Assembly (NCBI RefSeq): GCF_009834535.1
Contig: NC_045697.1
Span: 30,878,001-30,942,000, forward strand
DNA: 64,000 nucleotides
Reading direction: 5' to 3'
Source: Camelus ferus
Taxonomy: Eukaryota
The notes beneath the pieces are model-generated. The model had not been told where the DNA came from. It saw only the letters and a program-made list of their open reading frames with translations, and did not search any database. A program made the position numbers and the translations under genes. This document shows positions 62,557 to 64,000 of the stretch, in pieces; position 1 is the first letter of the stretch, and every line of letters begins with the position of its first letter.

Positions 62557-62732
62557 GTCCACCCAAGGGTTATCTACGGTAATGTGCTTTGTTCAGCTCA
62601 CAATTTATTATGAATGAGATTTCCCAGACTTAGTGAAGTTACGTGCGTGGTTCATGTGTGCACTATGCCCTACAGTGACATATATAGAAAGTCTGTCCAA
62701 GATTTCTCTTTGATAAAAAGATGGCTACAAAG
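62557..62732 (+). pseudogene. Possible fossil exon, FN3-like
   Basis: ttgtttttcag| GPPKGYLR*, then (shifted) FPRLSEVTCVVHVC, ending AAG|gt. Confidence 0.35.
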
Positions 62733-64000
62733 GTTTCAGTTTTTTACTTTCCAGGATATTAGTCAATTTGCACTTACTGAGAAATCTTATCCTTATATTT
62801 CTTTATTAAATTACTTATAAATAAACCTGCTATTCAAATCACTTTGAGCTGGTCTTAATATCTTACTAGGTACCTCACTATTAGCAAATTGAAGGACATC
62901 TTTGACACATGTTCATTTTATATTTGCATGACAGTCTTGATTTTGTCCTTTTGAAATTCTGCTTTAGCATCTCTTTTGATTATCTCTCCTGTCTTACTCC
63001 CACATCTGCAATCAATCCTTATCTATTGGTTTCTTCCTGTATTAAAATCTCTCTTATCATTAAAAAACAAACAAAACAAACACCAAAAGTTTCCATTTAT
63101 ACTTTACACCTCTTGAAAGAGCTGCCTACACACACACATTCATCATTTCTTCATCTCACTTCTACTTCTCTTTCTGTTGATATGATTTATTCCTCTATGA
63201 TTCTAATGGAATTTCTCATGTCAATGTAAATAAAAGCTTCTTTATTCAGTTTAATAAACAGTTTAAGTTCTGAAGTTGATTGAGTTCACTGTAGCCTTTG
63301 ACTTTGATGTCTCTTTTCTTGAAGTATTCTATTCTTTTAGCTCCCATGGTATCCTGCATTCTTGACTTTCTTCTTTCTGGTTGGACTTCTAAGACTTTTG
63401 ATTGTCTTTGAGTGGTTGTGCTTCAGGGTTCTTGCCTGAGCCTTTTTTTTCTTCTTATTCTTCATCTGCTCCCACATGGTCCTGTTCTCTTTCATGACTT
63501 CAGTTACCATTTAGTTCCATGGCACAGGCCTAGCTTTATTTCTAAAGCACAGGCCTAGCTTTATCTCTAAAGCATCAGATCTGCACATCCAACTTCTGAT
63601 GGACATCTCGGACATCCCAGTGCATCTCAGCCTACCTACAGTATCAAAAGAGCTGTAAGCTTTCACTCTCCTGTTTGCTGTGTTCTCTGTACTTTCTATG
63701 TTAGGGAATAGTGCCACCATTATGTGGCTGCTCAAGGCCGAAACTGGGACAATTTTCTTAAATTCTTCTTCCTCATCTCTTGTATACAATTAAAGTCCAA
63801 ATATTTTTAAATATTTCTTCTAAATATTTCTGAAGTCTATTCTTATCTGCACCCTAACTGCTACTTTTTGGGTCAGTTCATAATCATTCAGCTGCCTCCA
63901 AATTAGCCATCCTGCCTCTGTTTTTGCCTGTTTCCATGACATTTGTCTAAAAAGCAAATTGAATTTCTCTCACTTTGAACTCTCAAATAACTCCTATTCT

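Larger units (their letters stand above)
994..62732 (+). pseudogene. Candidate decayed multi-exon (unprocessed/unitary) pseudogene of a large extracellular mosaic protein (CTL, SEA, EGF, FN3, multiple Ig); probably extends beyond both window ends
   Basis: Over 20 exon-like segments, all on +, mostly with polypyrimidine-AG acceptors and GT donors, lie in non-repeat islands. Their translations show domain-typical residue patterns broken by stops and frameshifts. By-eye motif recognition only. Confidence 0.65.

Noticed and set aside
63520..63577. Tandem duplication gcacaggcctagctttat(t/c)tctaaa x2
   Set aside because: Small local duplication inside an L2 relic; two units only, not an array or CRISPR-like structure.
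1..64000. Remaining 60-140 aa ORFs as intact genes; prokaryotic-type systems
   Set aside because: The ORFs fall in repeats or are chance frames with no coherent intact exon chain. The sequence is clearly mammalian, with no operons, rRNA or CRISPR arrays.

Overview
Repeat-rich, AT-rich mammalian DNA, most likely camelid (alpaca/llama/camel). That call rests on a tRNA-Ala-derived Vic-1-like SINE and camelid-type L1 3' ends. No intact host protein-coding gene is visible, and the only long ORF (32901-34103, minus) is the 3' part of ORF2 in a young, 5'-truncated L1 with a 17-bp target-site duplication (TSD). Much of the window is L1, L2, MIR, MaLR/ERV LTR and DNA-transposon relics. The main observation is that the unique sequence between repeats holds over 20 plus-strand AG...GT-bounded segments. 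Their stop- and frameshift-ridden translations match extracellular module patterns: C-type lectin, SEA, EGF, FN3, many Ig/I-set halves and possibly SRCR. I read these as the fossil exons of one large, long-dead mosaic cell-surface or matrix gene spanning the window, which I cannot name. All domain and repeat-family calls are by eye and need tblastn/HMM/RepeatMasker confirmation; most repeat boundaries are approximate.
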